The notes beneath the pieces were generated by a model. The model did no database searches. It worked only from the letters and a program-made list of their open reading frames with translations, and was not told the DNA's origin. Positions 29,833-39,699 of a stretch of 64,000 nt of DNA are shown one piece after another. The stretch is from Oculatellaceae cyanobacterium bins.114. GTDB taxonomy: Bacteria; Cyanobacteriota; Cyanobacteriia; Elainellales; Elainellaceae. The DNA lies in NCBI GenBank assembly GCA_033764315.1, contig JANRJA010000242.1, positions 15,700 through 79,699 on the forward strand, given 5' to 3'. The stretch's first letter is position 1, and each line of letters starts with the position of its first letter. The position numbers were made by a program, and so were the translations under genes.

Positions 29833-30759
29833 ATGTCCTTGCGCCCCAAATTTTTAAGCCCACGCTGGGTTGACTCCTATCGCCATGAGTTTGGCTTTGC
29901 GGCGATCGCACTGGCTGCAACTCTGTGGGCGATTGCGGCGATCGCTGCTAGTCAACTGTTTGCGGCTGGGGTGACGCCCTTACAGTTAGCCATGAGCCGT
30001 GCAGTAATTGCGGCGATCGGGCTAGGGGTGATCAACCGTTGGACTAAGCAATCTCAACATTGGCGAGACTGGCGCATTGGCATCCTGGGTCTGTCTCTGG
30101 CACTGGTGACTCTGTGTTATTACATTGCCATTGAGCGGTTATCTGTGGCGATCGCGGTCGTTATTCAATACACGGCTCCAGCGTTAATCGTGCTGATCAG
30201 TGCGATGCGGTTGGGGCGGTTGCCATCCTGGGCAACTACAATCGCGGCAGGCATTGCTTTATTAGGGGTGGTGTTTGTCTCTGGGTTAGGCACTGATGAC
30301 TTGCGGTTAGACACCATAGGGCTAATCGCGGCTGGATTAAGTGCCATCTTCTTTGCCAGTTACACCTTATTGAGTGAGGCCCTGGTCGATCGATATGGCG
30401 CGATCGGGGTGATGTTTCGCGGCTTTGCTGTCTCTAGTGGACTGTGGATCTTGATTCAACTGCCTCAAGGAGTGCCATCAGCAGTTTTTCAACTCCATAC
30501 CCTACCCGGCATCTTATTTGTCGGCATTGGAGGAACGCTAGTGCCGTTTAGCCTGTTGTGTTGGGGCATTCAACAGGTGCGGGTAGAACGAGGGGCGATC
30601 GCCGCCACTCTAGAACCTGTCATGGCAGCAGGGTTAGCCTGGATCGGCTTAGGGCAGTCGCTCACACTTCTGCAACTGCTAGGAGGTACCTTGGTGATCA
30701 TAGCCGTCACACTGTTGCAAGTTCAAAAGGGCGATCGCCCGATGCAACCAGGGCTTTGA
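29833..30759 (+). CDS. DMT/EamA family transporter
   Basis: About 10 TM helices; AVVIQYTAP and ATLEPVMA motifs. Confidence 0.92.
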   Translation: MSLRPKFLSPRWVDSYRHEFGFAAIALAATLWAIAAIAASQLFAAGVTPLQLAMSRAVIAAIGLGVINRWTKQSQHWRDWRIGILGLSLALVTLCYYIAIERLSVAIAVVIQYTAPALIVLISAMRLGRLPSWATTIAAGIALLGVVFVSGLGTDDLRLDTIGLIAAGLSAIFFASYTLLSEALVDRYGAIGVMFRGFAVSSGLWILIQLPQGVPSAVFQLHTLPGILFVGIGGTLVPFSLLCWGIQQVRVERGAIAATLEPVMAAGLAWIGLGQSLTLLQLLGGTLVIIAVTLLQVQKGDRPMQPGL

Positions 30760-30854
30760 TACCCCATTCAACAACAACAGCGATATCATCTCTCCCCACC
30801 CTATCCCCATACCCCTCTCCTGTTTCAGCCAAAACCGAACCGCTAGAGGTGACA

Positions 30855-31148
30855 TATAGCAACGGTCAAGACAGCTGATATAGCCCAACCCTTATGCGTA
30901 ACGTCAGTTCGGTTTAAGAGCATAGCGAATAAATTCGCAGCTATCAGAGCGAAGTTTGCCTTCGCGAACTACGGAGAATCACGGGTTGAGTGAACCGACG
31001 CAGGTCGGTTTTGCTCCTGTAGCTGCGGTTTCAACCGCCAAAATCCTTATCCCGAATTCACGTTATGCGTAGGGTATCCCCAGACAAAGATTCCACCATT
31101 TGGCTGAGCTTACTGCATCCAGTCTTAATCTGAACTCGTATTGCTATA
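30855..31148. mobile_element. TATAGCAA...TTGCTATA MITE carrying a nested second element
   Basis: Outer ends TATAGCAAC / ATTGCTATA; nested element at 30901-31063. Confidence 0.6.
30901..31063. mobile_element. MITE with ACGTCAGTTCGG / CCGAATTCACGT termini and 8-bp target duplication
   Basis: Direct repeat TATGCGTA on both sides (30893-30900, 31064-31071); two inverted internal hairpin cassettes. Confidence 0.78.
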
Positions 31149-31195
31149 GAAGACTTTCAAAGATGCTTTGACTAGCATTAGTCAAATCCAAAAGA

Positions 31196-31268
31196 GTTTT
31201 GATTCAAACAGTTGACACATAGACAATGGCTTGTTATCTTATAAATAACAGATTGTTTGAATCAAAAC
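31196..31268 (+). promoter_or_regulatory. Sigma70-type promoter bracketed by a perfect 15-bp inverted repeat
   Basis: TTGACA (31212-31217)-N17-TATCTT (31235-31240). IR GTTTTGATTCAAACA (31196-31210) / TGTTTGAATCAAAAC (31254-31268). Confidence 0.75.
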
Positions 31269-31329
31269 AATCACACATCAAATAGAATCGCTTCAAACAA
31301 TTCACTGAAACACTCCAAGGAGATTCACC

Positions 31330-31836
31330 ATGAAACGCCTCATACTTGCTAGTTTGTCTGCTTTAGTTTTGAGCACCTATGCTGGAACCGCTAACTCAGC
31401 CACTCCCCCATCAGGTGACTCTAACCCCAGCGATCTACGTAACTCTACTGTTGATACCAGTGAAGTGATTCGCCCCAATACTAAGGCTCGCCCTGTCTCT
31501 GGCGACTCTAACCCCAGCGATCTACGTAACTCTACTGTTGATACCAGTGAAGTGATTCGCCCCAATACTAAAGCTCGTCCTGTCTCTGGCGACTCCAACC
31601 CTAGCGATCTGCGTAACTCTACTGTTGATACCAGTGAAGTGATTCGCCCCAGTACTAAGGCTCGCCCTGTCTCTGGCGACTCCAACCCTAGCGATCTGCG
31701 CAACTCTACCGTTGATACTCGTGACGTAATTCGCCCCAATACTAAAGCTCGTCCTGTCTCTGGCGACTCCAACCCTAGCGATCTACGCAACTCTACCGTT
31801 GATACTCGTGACGTAATTCGCCCTAACGTCAAATAA
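31330..31836 (+). CDS. Secreted protein made of five near-identical 29-aa tandem repeats
   Basis: RBS AAGGAG; signal peptide MKRLILASLSALVLSTYAGTANSA; repeat SGDSNPSDLRNSTVDT(SE/RD)VIRPNTKARPV. Confidence 0.88.
   Translation: MKRLILASLSALVLSTYAGTANSATPPSGDSNPSDLRNSTVDTSEVIRPNTKARPVSGDSNPSDLRNSTVDTSEVIRPNTKARPVSGDSNPSDLRNSTVDTSEVIRPSTKARPVSGDSNPSDLRNSTVDTRDVIRPNTKARPVSGDSNPSDLRNSTVDTRDVIRPNVK
31411..31827 (+). repeat. 87-bp coding tandem repeat, about 5 copies
   Basis: Units start at 31411, 31498, 31585, 31672 and 31759; differences are mostly synonymous. Confidence 0.95.
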
Positions 31837-31911
31837 TTAAACGCTTCAGGTTCTATTTTTTTCGTCAATTGTTTGCATCAAAACTATAACGACGCAAACA
31901 AAGGAGGTACT

Positions 31912-32079
31912 ATGACAACCCGTTTAATGTTTACAGGTTTAATGAGTTTGATTGTTGTTTTGGCATCACCTCAAGCTATCCATGCCTATCCAACAGTTTC
32001 AACATCAACCGAGCCGACCAATCCCTCGCCTAATCTACCTGAATTAACACCAGGATTTCCCATGATTAGTGTGAGCTAA
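31912..32079 (+). CDS. Small secreted Pro/Ser/Thr-rich peptide (55 aa)
   Basis: RBS AAGGAGG just before ATG; signal-peptide-like MTTRLMFTGLMSLIVVLASPQAIHA. Confidence 0.7.
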   Translation: MTTRLMFTGLMSLIVVLASPQAIHAYPTVSTSTEPTNPSPNLPELTPGFPMISVS

Positions 32080-32216
32080 GTTATTGCAAACAGGGAGTAG
32101 ACTGAGTTATTAACCCCAACATCTGGTCTAATTGTTACCCAGTATTCTCTCCCTGTTTGTCTCAGTCATGTTGTACCCAATATTTGGCGATCGCTCCTAT
32201 GCAATTGCCTCAACGC

Positions 32217-32246
32217 AGACATCTACAAAAGATGTCTGTTTTTTAT
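32217..32246 (+). terminator. Intrinsic terminator candidate
   Basis: AGACATCT-acaaa-AGATGTCT followed by GTTTTTT, between convergent genes. Confidence 0.55.
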
Positions 32247-32264
32247 GCAGGGGTTACACTATTT

Positions 32265-33551
32265 CTATTCACGACTAATTGGAACATGAATCATAAATTC
32301 TGAACCTCCACTAGAGCGAGGTTGGTAACTCAAATGCCCTTTGTGCAGTTTGGTAATAATCTGATAACTGGTAAACAACCCTAAACCAACCCCTTGTCCA
32401 ATGGGTTTAGTTGTGAAAAACGGTTCAAACAAATGACTCTCGTCTGCCTGTGAAATTCCCACCCCATTATCTTTAATACACAGTTGAATTTCATTTTTAT
32501 CAGTCAACAACGTATCAATCCAAATCATCGGTTGAAATGACTTCTGCACCCTTTGATTTGTTTTTAATGCCAATGCATCGATCGCATTTTGCAATAAATT
32601 GAGTAAAGCTTGATTGAACAAACTAGCATGACCTAAAAAGAGTGGAATTTCTTTATAGTTCTTGAAAACTCTAATCTCAACCAAACCATCTTCTAATTGC
32701 AATTGATATTGCAAAAGTGTCAAAACACTATCAACACTCTCACACACATTTATAGGCTTAATTCCTGATTCATCTAACCGTGAAAAGATCCGCAACGCAT
32801 CAACCACTGAGCGAATGCGATCGGCACCTGTTTGAATCGATTGCAGCAGTTTTATAAAGTCTGGAACTAGAAAATCTAAATCAATATCTTCTATAAAATC
32901 TTTGATTTCAGGAGACGCATCTGGAAAATGTTTTTGATAGAGTCTAATTAAGGTAACGAGTTTTTGATTGTAATCAGCCGCTGGAACCAAGTTACACACA
33001 ATAAAGCTGAGAGGATTATTGATTTCATGAAAAATTCCGGCTGCAATCCGATTGGCGTTCACCAATTTCTCTTTTTGCACTAACTCCGCTTGAGTATTTT
33101 GTAGAGTCAACAACATCTCTTGTAACTGCTCGTTGCGAGTTTTTAGCTCTTTTTGTAAATTTTGCACCATGAGTTGAGTTTGCACTCTTGCCAACACCTC
33201 TTCTAGCTGAAAAGGTTTGGTAATGTAGTCAATTCCCCCAACCTGAAATGCCCGCATCTTATCTGCGATGTCATTACCAGCACTCAAAAAAATCACAGGA
33301 ATTGAACAAGTTTTAGGGTCACTTTTTAAGTATTCACACACCTCATATCCACCCATTCCTGGCATATTTACATCTAACAAAATGAGATCAGGAGGCAAAA
33401 CCTGAGCTGCCATTAAAGCAGCTTGACCATTAACCGCTTTGCGAACTTGATAATTTTGTTTTGATAAAAAATCAGACAGAAAACGGATGTTCTCAAGCTT
33501 GTCATCAACAATGAGAATATCTGCTAGAGATGTATCGTTTTCTAAGCACAT
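32265..33551 (-). CDS. Hybrid response regulator-histidine kinase (REC-HisKA-HATPase)
   Basis: ILIVDD, LILLDVNMP, IFHEINNPL, NLLQNAIDA, DNGVGI, FEPFFTTKPIGQGVGLGL. Confidence 0.93.
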   Translation of the reverse strand: MCLENDTSLADILIVDDKLENIRFLSDFLSKQNYQVRKAVNGQAALMAAQVLPPDLILLDVNMPGMGGYEVCEYLKSDPKTCSIPVIFLSAGNDIADKMRAFQVGGIDYITKPFQLEEVLARVQTQLMVQNLQKELKTRNEQLQEMLLTLQNTQAELVQKEKLVNANRIAAGIFHEINNPLSFIVCNLVPAADYNQKLVTLIRLYQKHFPDASPEIKDFIEDIDLDFLVPDFIKLLQSIQTGADRIRSVVDALRIFSRLDESGIKPINVCESVDSVLTLLQYQLQLEDGLVEIRVFKNYKEIPLFLGHASLFNQALLNLLQNAIDALALKTNQRVQKSFQPMIWIDTLLTDKNEIQLCIKDNGVGISQADESHLFEPFFTTKPIGQGVGLGLFTSYQIITKLHKGHLSYQPRSSGGSEFMIHVPISRE

Positions 33552-33603
33552 ATCTATATCATTTAATACTTATTTGTGGATTTTTAATTAAAGCAATTCA
33601 AAC

Positions 33604-33757
33604 TAATTGGGTGGGTATTATTAACTATAAGATGCGTTTCGACTCCCATTCGGCTCGCTCAGGACAAGTCACTCAACGTTCTAAATCTCTTTGGCAGCCG
33701 ATTTCAACTCCGCTCAACCCGAAATCTCAATTGAGTTTAATAAGGTTCTCCTACTGA
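33604..33757. mobile_element. Degenerate MITE of the TAAGTRGG...CCTACTTA family
   Basis: TAATTGGGTGGGTATTATTAA / TTAATAAGGTTCTCCTACTGA imperfect inverted ends. Confidence 0.5.
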
Positions 33758-33767
33758 ATTGGATAAA

Positions 33768-33867
33768 TATAGCAACAGTCCTGCTGGTTAGAACAGGGCA
33801 TTGAGGTGAAACCCTTAATGGGGGACACTCTCTTTACACTTTTTTCCAATCCATCCTCTTCAGCGAT
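33768..33867. mobile_element. Degenerate copy of TATAGC MITE subtype A
   Basis: Colinear similarity to 11861-11935 (..GGTTAGAACAGGG..AGGTGAAACCCT..TGGGGG..); right end eroded. Confidence 0.5.
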
Positions 33868-33964
33868 AGGGCACCAGTTCTATAATTCCCTCACCAGTGT
33901 TAAATTAACTCAGGGCTTGAGTAACGAGTGATCAGGTCTGCCTTGATGGCTCATCCTGTTATTT

Positions 33965-36900
33965 TTAGAGATCGTTTGAATAACTGGGTTGAGTCAGGGT
34001 TAGCAGTTGGTCAAATTGATAGTTTTCAACTAGCTGGGTGAGGATTGCAATCAACGCTGCGTGCTCACGTGGAATTTGGGCAATCAGTTTGAGACTGAGA
34101 GAATCACTACCCTGGGCGATCGCCAAGTGAAATTGATTGAGCCACGCGGTTGGCATGAATGCCAGTGCACCTGCCTTGAGAGCAGCAGCAGATCCTGTGG
34201 GCACCGCAAGTGTATTCATCACCGAGGGTTGCTGGATGAACTGAACTCCCAACTGTTCTGATAGAGCTTTAAAGATGGTCTCTCGTCGAAACGGCTTACT
34301 GATAAACGTGTCACATCCTGCCGTTAAACTATCTTGTCGCTGTTCTGCAAAGGCACTGGCAGTCAAAGCGACAATCTTAGTGAGGTGAGCATTAGACCCT
34401 TGTATGGCGTGATTTGCTGCTTCTTTTGCTCGAATCTGTCGAGTGGCCTCATATCCATCGACAATCGGCATGTGCATATCCATAAAGACTAAGTGGGGTT
34501 GCCATTGCTCCCAGAGGGCGATCGCCACCTGACCATTCGTGGCTTCTTGAACCTCAAGGCCCAAATAGCTTAGAAGTTTGTTCAACAACAGCCGATTATC
34601 CACGTTGTCTTCTACCACTAAAATGCGGTAATGGGCATATTCAGGAGCAACACTGATGACCTGCTCAACAGACATCGCCGTTGCAGGTAAAGGGGTTTTG
34701 ACCAAACCTGCATCAATCAAAAAGCTAAAGCAACTCCCCCGTCCTAGTGTGCTGCGGACGGTGATTTCACCGCCCATCAAATGCACAAACCCCTGGCTAA
34801 TTCGCAATCCTAATCCAGTTCCTTCTTGAGATTGCTGCCCTGAGCGAGTTTGTTGAAACGCTTGAAAGAGATGGTTAAGTTCATTCACGGCAATCCCCAC
34901 ACCCGTGTCTTCAATTTCAAACATCAGTTGGCAAGGAGCCAACGCTTTAGGAATACCTGACTTAGCAGATCCGGGTAAAAACGATGCTTCTCGTCCTACG
35001 CTGACTCGCAAGGTGACACTGCCCTGCTCGGTAAATTTAATGGCATTTCCCAACAGGTTGATGAGCACCTGACGCAATTTATTCTCGTCTGTTTTGATGT
35101 ATTTAGGAACATTGGGAGCACAGTTAAAGCTGAGCTGTAGACCTTTAGATTGGGCTTTTAGTTGCAGCATCGATTCCAGTCCACGCAGCAAGTTATGTAA
35201 GTCAAACTCTGTTTCATGGAGTTTTGATTGACCTGCCTCAATCTTGGATAGCTCCAACACATCGCTAATTAAGCTCAGCAAATGCTCACCACTCTGATTG
35301 ATGATCTCGATATAGCGTTGATGATTGCCCGTAAGGGACGAATCTTGCTGCATCAACTGAGTAAAACCTAGAATAGCGTTGAGAGGCGTACGGAGTTCAT
35401 GACTCATATTTGCCAAAAACTCACTCTTCGCCCGATTGGCTGCATCAGCGGATTCTTTTGCGTGTTGCAGTTCTTTGGCTTGCTGTTGAGTTTGAGCTAA
35501 CAACTCGGCTTGTTGCACCGCTATGCCCAATTGATTGCCAATTTGGGTGACAATTTGAATTTCTGTCTCTTGCCACGATCGCGGCCCATCACTTTGATAG
35601 CTAGATAACAAACCCCAAAGTTTGTTGCCACAAAAGATAGGAGTCGTGACATAAGCGCGGGCTTGCAATTGTTCTAATAGATCCAAATAACAGCGATCAA
35701 ACCCCGCCTCATAAATATCTGTGATACAGCAATACGTGTTTTTTTGACGATAAATACCACCCTTCTGCTCTTGCAAATAGGTGTCTTTAATTAAAACTTC
35801 TGAGCTATTGAGTTGAGGGATGAGGCAATCAGGTTGATCGATCGCAACTTGAGTCAACTGAGTGTGGCTGGCTTGCTCTAACAACAACTGACGCCAACCC
35901 TCTGCGACCGATTCGGCGATAATCTCACCACTCCAATCGGGTTTAAATTGATAAATCAAGACCCGATCACAAGCGATCGCCTGACGCAATTCAGCAGTTG
36001 TCACTTTAAAGATCGACTCTAGATCCAGGGTCTGTCGCATTTGCAACACTACCCGATTAATAGCCTGTTCTCGCTCCGCCATGATCCGCAGAGCCGCTTC
36101 CGCTAAAGTTCTCTCTCGAATCTCAGTTTGCAGAGCCGCATTAGTTGCTACTAGCTCAGTTGTCCGCTCTTCTACCCGAAACTCTAATTGCTCATAGGCC
36201 CGACGTTTTTCATCCTCTGCCCATTTGCGTTGTAACTCTGTGGTAGCTCTGGCTGCAAACACACTCATCAGGGTCTTGGTGCGAAGATTTGATTGAAATG
36301 GCTTGACGTCTATCATGGCGAGTGTGCCAATCACCTCGTGATCAGCATCTAACAAGGGCACCCCCATATAACTTTCAGCATTAATTACTTTAAAAATTGA
36401 CGCATCTGGAAACTGTTGCTGTAAACCGCTAGCACACTCAATCAACACCTGCTGTTGAATGATCTGTTCACAGGCGGTGTCTGCGACCTCATAGACAAAA
36501 TTGTCCGCCAAGTGATCAACCGACCAAAACGCAAGGGTTTGCAACTTGTCAGAGGCAGAGTTCTTGACCCTTTCAGACACGAGGGCATAGCCAACCCCCA
36601 AAGCATTTGCCAAATCTTTGACCAACACTGGAAAAAAGTCTTGCCCAGTGACAGAAGCAGTGCCAGTGACAATGGTTTGCAGCGTTTCTTCGGTTTGCTG
36701 TCGCTCCATGATCTGCTTTTCAAGGCTCTGATTGATCGCTTCAAGTTGCTCTGGCGATCGCATTGCCAAAAACTGCGGCAACAGTTCTGCAAGGCGCAAG
36801 GCTGTGTAGAGTGACACTAACGCCGTTGCAGCTCGCTCAACCCCTGAAACCCAATAGTTTGGATGCCACAGCGTCCAAATATCCAACACATGCCCAACCC

Positions 36901-37126
36901 CACACAAGATGATAAATGCCCCAAACAGAGTAAAAACATTTGAAAAGGGAACATCTCTTCGTTGGCGAACGAAATAGATGAGCATGGTGGGAATGGAGAA
37001 ATAGGCGATCGCAATCAAGGCATCACTGACCAGATGCAACATCACGAGGGGAGTTTGCCAAAGATAGCAGTGCCCATGAGGAATATAAGGGTTTAGCAAT
37101 GAAAGAGCCTGGAGCAGTGTGAACAT
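33965..37126 (-). CDS. Hybrid sensor kinase: ethylene-binding TM domain, GAF, cyanobacteriochrome GAF, HisKA-HATPase, REC
   Basis: [13 protein letters not shown] and FIILCGVGH (ETR1-type D, Y, C, H). [18 protein letters not shown]...DTYLQE...CYLDLLE (CBCR). [23 protein letters not shown]. Confidence 0.9.
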   Translation of the reverse strand: MFTLLQALSLLNPYIPHGHCYLWQTPLVMLHLVSDALIAIAYFSIPTMLIYFVRQRRDVPFSNVFTLFGAFIILCGVGHVLDIWTLWHPNYWVSGVERAATALVSLYTALRLAELLPQFLAMRSPEQLEAINQSLEKQIMERQQTEETLQTIVTGTASVTGQDFFPVLVKDLANALGVGYALVSERVKNSASDKLQTLAFWSVDHLADNFVYEVADTACEQIIQQQVLIECASGLQQQFPDASIFKVINAESYMGVPLLDADHEVIGTLAMIDVKPFQSNLRTKTLMSVFAARATTELQRKWAEDEKRRAYEQLEFRVEERTTELVATNAALQTEIRERTLAEAALRIMAEREQAINRVVLQMRQTLDLESIFKVTTAELRQAIACDRVLIYQFKPDWSGEIIAESVAEGWRQLLLEQASHTQLTQVAIDQPDCLIPQLNSSEVLIKDTYLQEQKGGIYRQKNTYCCITDIYEAGFDRCYLDLLEQLQARAYVTTPIFCGNKLWGLLSSYQSDGPRSWQETEIQIVTQIGNQLGIAVQQAELLAQTQQQAKELQHAKESADAANRAKSEFLANMSHELRTPLNAILGFTQLMQQDSSLTGNHQRYIEIINQSGEHLLSLISDVLELSKIEAGQSKLHETEFDLHNLLRGLESMLQLKAQSKGLQLSFNCAPNVPKYIKTDENKLRQVLINLLGNAIKFTEQGSVTLRVSVGREASFLPGSAKSGIPKALAPCQLMFEIEDTGVGIAVNELNHLFQAFQQTRSGQQSQEGTGLGLRISQGFVHLMGGEITVRSTLGRGSCFSFLIDAGLVKTPLPATAMSVEQVISVAPEYAHYRILVVEDNVDNRLLLNKLLSYLGLEVQEATNGQVAIALWEQWQPHLVFMDMHMPIVDGYEATRQIRAKEAANHAIQGSNAHLTKIVALTASAFAEQRQDSLTAGCDTFISKPFRRETIFKALSEQLGVQFIQQPSVMNTLAVPTGSAAALKAGALAFMPTAWLNQFHLAIAQGSDSLSLKLIAQIPREHAALIAILTQLVENYQFDQLLTLTQPSYSNDL

Positions 37127-37887
37127 TACATCTAGGGAAGGTAGAAATCACATCTAGAAACGTTACAAATCTTGGAAGGGGAAATGCTTGTATGCAGTTT
37201 TTCAGGAGGTAGATTTACTGCGCTCATGGATCAGGCTTATAACCGTCAGTCAGGCAACTGTCACAAAAGCGGCCTTAAATCAGGGTGTCTCGAATTGAAA
37301 TAAGCTATTCGCATCTCATTCGCTTCAAACCTGAGCGGAGCAACCTGATCAACTTTCCATGCTTTAAAGCCTTATAAAATCAGGCTAAAACAAAAGGGTG
37401 TGGAAGCTGTGCCCCCAACCAACGATTAAATCCATACATCCCATCCTCATCTCAATTCATGCTGCTATGCATAGAAAAAGGAGGGAGAAAAGAATAAATA
37501 TTTACGCCGATAAGGTCAGTTGCACTTAGCTGGGTTAATGCAGATTAAAGTATGAGTGCAAGTTACCCTGTTATCAACTGATCCCTACATTACAAGTGTC
37601 GATAGGTACTGGGCGTTTGTAAGCTTGAGTGATGCAAGGCTCAAACTAGAGGGAGAAACTCCTTTTGCACTTTTTCAAATTCAAACCTCAGCGCACCCCT
37701 CGCTGTATTAATTGTATTTAAGTCTTACATAGAATTAAAAGACATACCACCAAAGATGGATTTTAAGCTCGTAACTTAAACAGAGAGGGTTTTTAACGAG
37801 CATCGCAGAGGTCTAAAAGGGCAAAGCAAGGGTTAGTTTTACTCTCACTAATCAATTTCTTGCAACCTCTCAGATTTGGTTTGCCCC

Positions 37888-38649
37888 TTACTCCTCAATC
37901 CGAACTTCAATCTTCATGCGTTGCAACTTTTCTACTGCCCATTGATCAAAGAGTTCGGTTTGCAGCGTTTGTTGAATTTGAGGATCATCCAGTGAGGCAG
38001 GCAGCGATCGCTCATAGCGAAACAGGTTCCAAACTCCATCCAATTCTAACGGCCCCAACAGATCACCCAGATTGGCCAGGTCAATGAGCGATCGCAAGTT
38101 ATCGGGCAACTCTCCTCGACTCACCAGACCCATCATGCCGTTAAAGATATTATCCTCGGCGGTTGAATACTCACTAGCAAGCTGCTCAAAACTAGCTCCT
38201 TCTTCGATCTGATGCTTTAACTCTTCTGCTAACTCTGGAGAGGCCACAGCAATGCGCGACAAAACAACCTGATCAAGATAGAGCTTGCGTTCGATAAAGT
38301 ATTCTTGCAGTCTGGGTTGCACCACTTGAGTTCTCAACTGCCCCAGTCGCAAATCTTGCTGAATTCGGTGTCTGAATTGAGTTTCATCAAACCCTTGCTC
38401 TGTCAGCCATGCTTGAAACTGAGCCGGGGTAGCCAGTTGATTTTGCAGCCGAAACTCTGCTGCGACTTGCTCAACGGTTGCCGGGGTTACGTCTAAATCG
38501 GTGCGGTTTTGTAGTTCTTGTTCAACCACATATTGACGCAAGATCGCTCCAATAAAACCATCCATCTTGCCCGTTATTTGAAGGTATTGCAGGGCTTTTG
38601 AGACTGGGATGGGTTGATCATCCACAAACAAGAATGTATTAGATGCCAT
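37888..38649 (-). CDS. Parvulin/PrsA-type peptidyl-prolyl isomerase
   Basis: VVLSRIAV...AEELKHQIEEGASFEQLASEYS...NGMMG. Confidence 0.85.
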   Translation of the reverse strand: MASNTFLFVDDQPIPVSKALQYLQITGKMDGFIGAILRQYVVEQELQNRTDLDVTPATVEQVAAEFRLQNQLATPAQFQAWLTEQGFDETQFRHRIQQDLRLGQLRTQVVQPRLQEYFIERKLYLDQVVLSRIAVASPELAEELKHQIEEGASFEQLASEYSTAEDNIFNGMMGLVSRGELPDNLRSLIDLANLGDLLGPLELDGVWNLFRYERSLPASLDDPQIQQTLQTELFDQWAVEKLQRMKIEVRIEE

Positions 38650-38654
38650 TTGCT

Positions 38655-39539
38655 TTACCCTAGTTCAGCCAAGATTTGACTGGCAGTCTGACACAATTCC
38701 TGATGATATTTGCCGTTGCTAGCAATCAAACATCCCCACTGGTTGACATCACCCGTGTTGTATTGCAAAGGAGTGCCATCAGCGTGGGTAAAGGCTCCGC
38801 CTGCCTCAGTCAAGATTAGCTCTGGAGCTGCCATATCCCAATCTTTGGGGGCTGATTTGCCTGAGAGAGAGAGATAAACATCAGCACGTTGATCGACGAT
38901 CGCCGCGATTTTGCCACCGACACTGCCGACAAACAACTGGTTTTGACAGGGTAATTGCTTCAACAGGGCATTAAACCGATCATCCCGATGGGTGCGACTC
39001 GCCACAACCACTAGATCGGCAGGGTTCTCTCGATCTGACACGTAGATTTGTTTTACAACCCCATCGGGTGTTTCAACAAAGGCACCTCCACCCAATGTCG
39101 CGTAATAGAGTTTGTCTAACTCAGGGCAAGCAACGACCGTGAGTACCGGACGCCCATGATGCGTTAGAGCCAGGTGAAAGGCATATTCTCCGGTTTTATC
39201 AATAAAGTCACGGGTGCCATCGAGCGGGTCAAGAATCCACACCCAATCATGGGCGATCGCCGCAGACTTAGCTTTATAGGTTTCCTCACTGAGATAGCCA
39301 AAGGCATCCCCCAAGATGGCGTGTAATTTGTCGAGAACATAGCGGTTGACAGCTAAATCAGCAGCGGTGACAGGCCCATCTTTTTTGTCTTGTCCTTCAG
39401 CTTCAACTTGGGCAGTGTTTTGCCACGGCTCCCCCCGATAGTATGACCGCAAAATTTTAGCAGCACCCCACCCCAATGACCGGGCGATCGCCAAAATATC
39501 CTCGACTGGCGTGCCAATAATGGTTTGCAACGTTTCCAC
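38655..39539 (-). CDS. cysQ: 3'(2'),5'-bisphosphate nucleotidase CysQ family
   Basis: PVTAADL, LSEE, WILDPLDGTRDF, KDWDMAAPELILTEAGG. Start uncertain (GTG 39539 or TTG 39554). Confidence 0.88.
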   Translation of the reverse strand: METLQTIIGTPVEDILAIARSLGWGAAKILRSYYRGEPWQNTAQVEAEGQDKKDGPVTAADLAVNRYVLDKLHAILGDAFGYLSEETYKAKSAAIAHDWVWILDPLDGTRDFIDKTGEYAFHLALTHHGRPVLTVVACPELDKLYYATLGGGAFVETPDGVVKQIYVSDRENPADLVVVASRTHRDDRFNALLKQLPCQNQLFVGSVGGKIAAIVDQRADVYLSLSGKSAPKDWDMAAPELILTEAGGAFTHADGTPLQYNTGDVNQWGCLIASNGKYHQELCQTASQILAELG

Positions 39540-39600
39540 TCTGACTATCCTCAACCGCTAAACAATTAGCCTAATTCACCAGCAATTATAGGAGAGATCG

Positions 39601-39691
39601 TAGATCGTAGTAGTAGTAGAGACGCGATTAATCGCGTCTCTACTACTACTACGATCTATTGCGTCTCTACGATCTATCGCGTCTCTACGAT
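39601..39691. repeat. 58-bp perfect palindrome with a GTAG-type REP-like core plus two tandem half-copies
   Basis: 39601-39658 is self-complementary around GTAGAGACGCGATTAATCGCGTCTCTAC, followed by two more GCGTCTCTACGAT units. Confidence 0.9.
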
Positions 39692-39699
39692 TCACGCTA

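Noticed and set aside
31411-31827. Regular repeats as a CRISPR array
   Set aside because: Units are contiguous 87-bp repeats with no unique spacers, lie in frame, vary mostly synonymously, and there are no cas genes.
31330-31836. Multi-core RiPP precursor (graspetide/cyanobactin type)
   Set aside because: The N-terminus is a Sec-type signal peptide rather than a recognisable leader, and no maturation enzyme is adjacent.
31377-31868. Antisense 163-aa repeat ORF
   Set aside because: Mirror of the repeat gene; the plus strand has the promoter, RBS and signal peptide.
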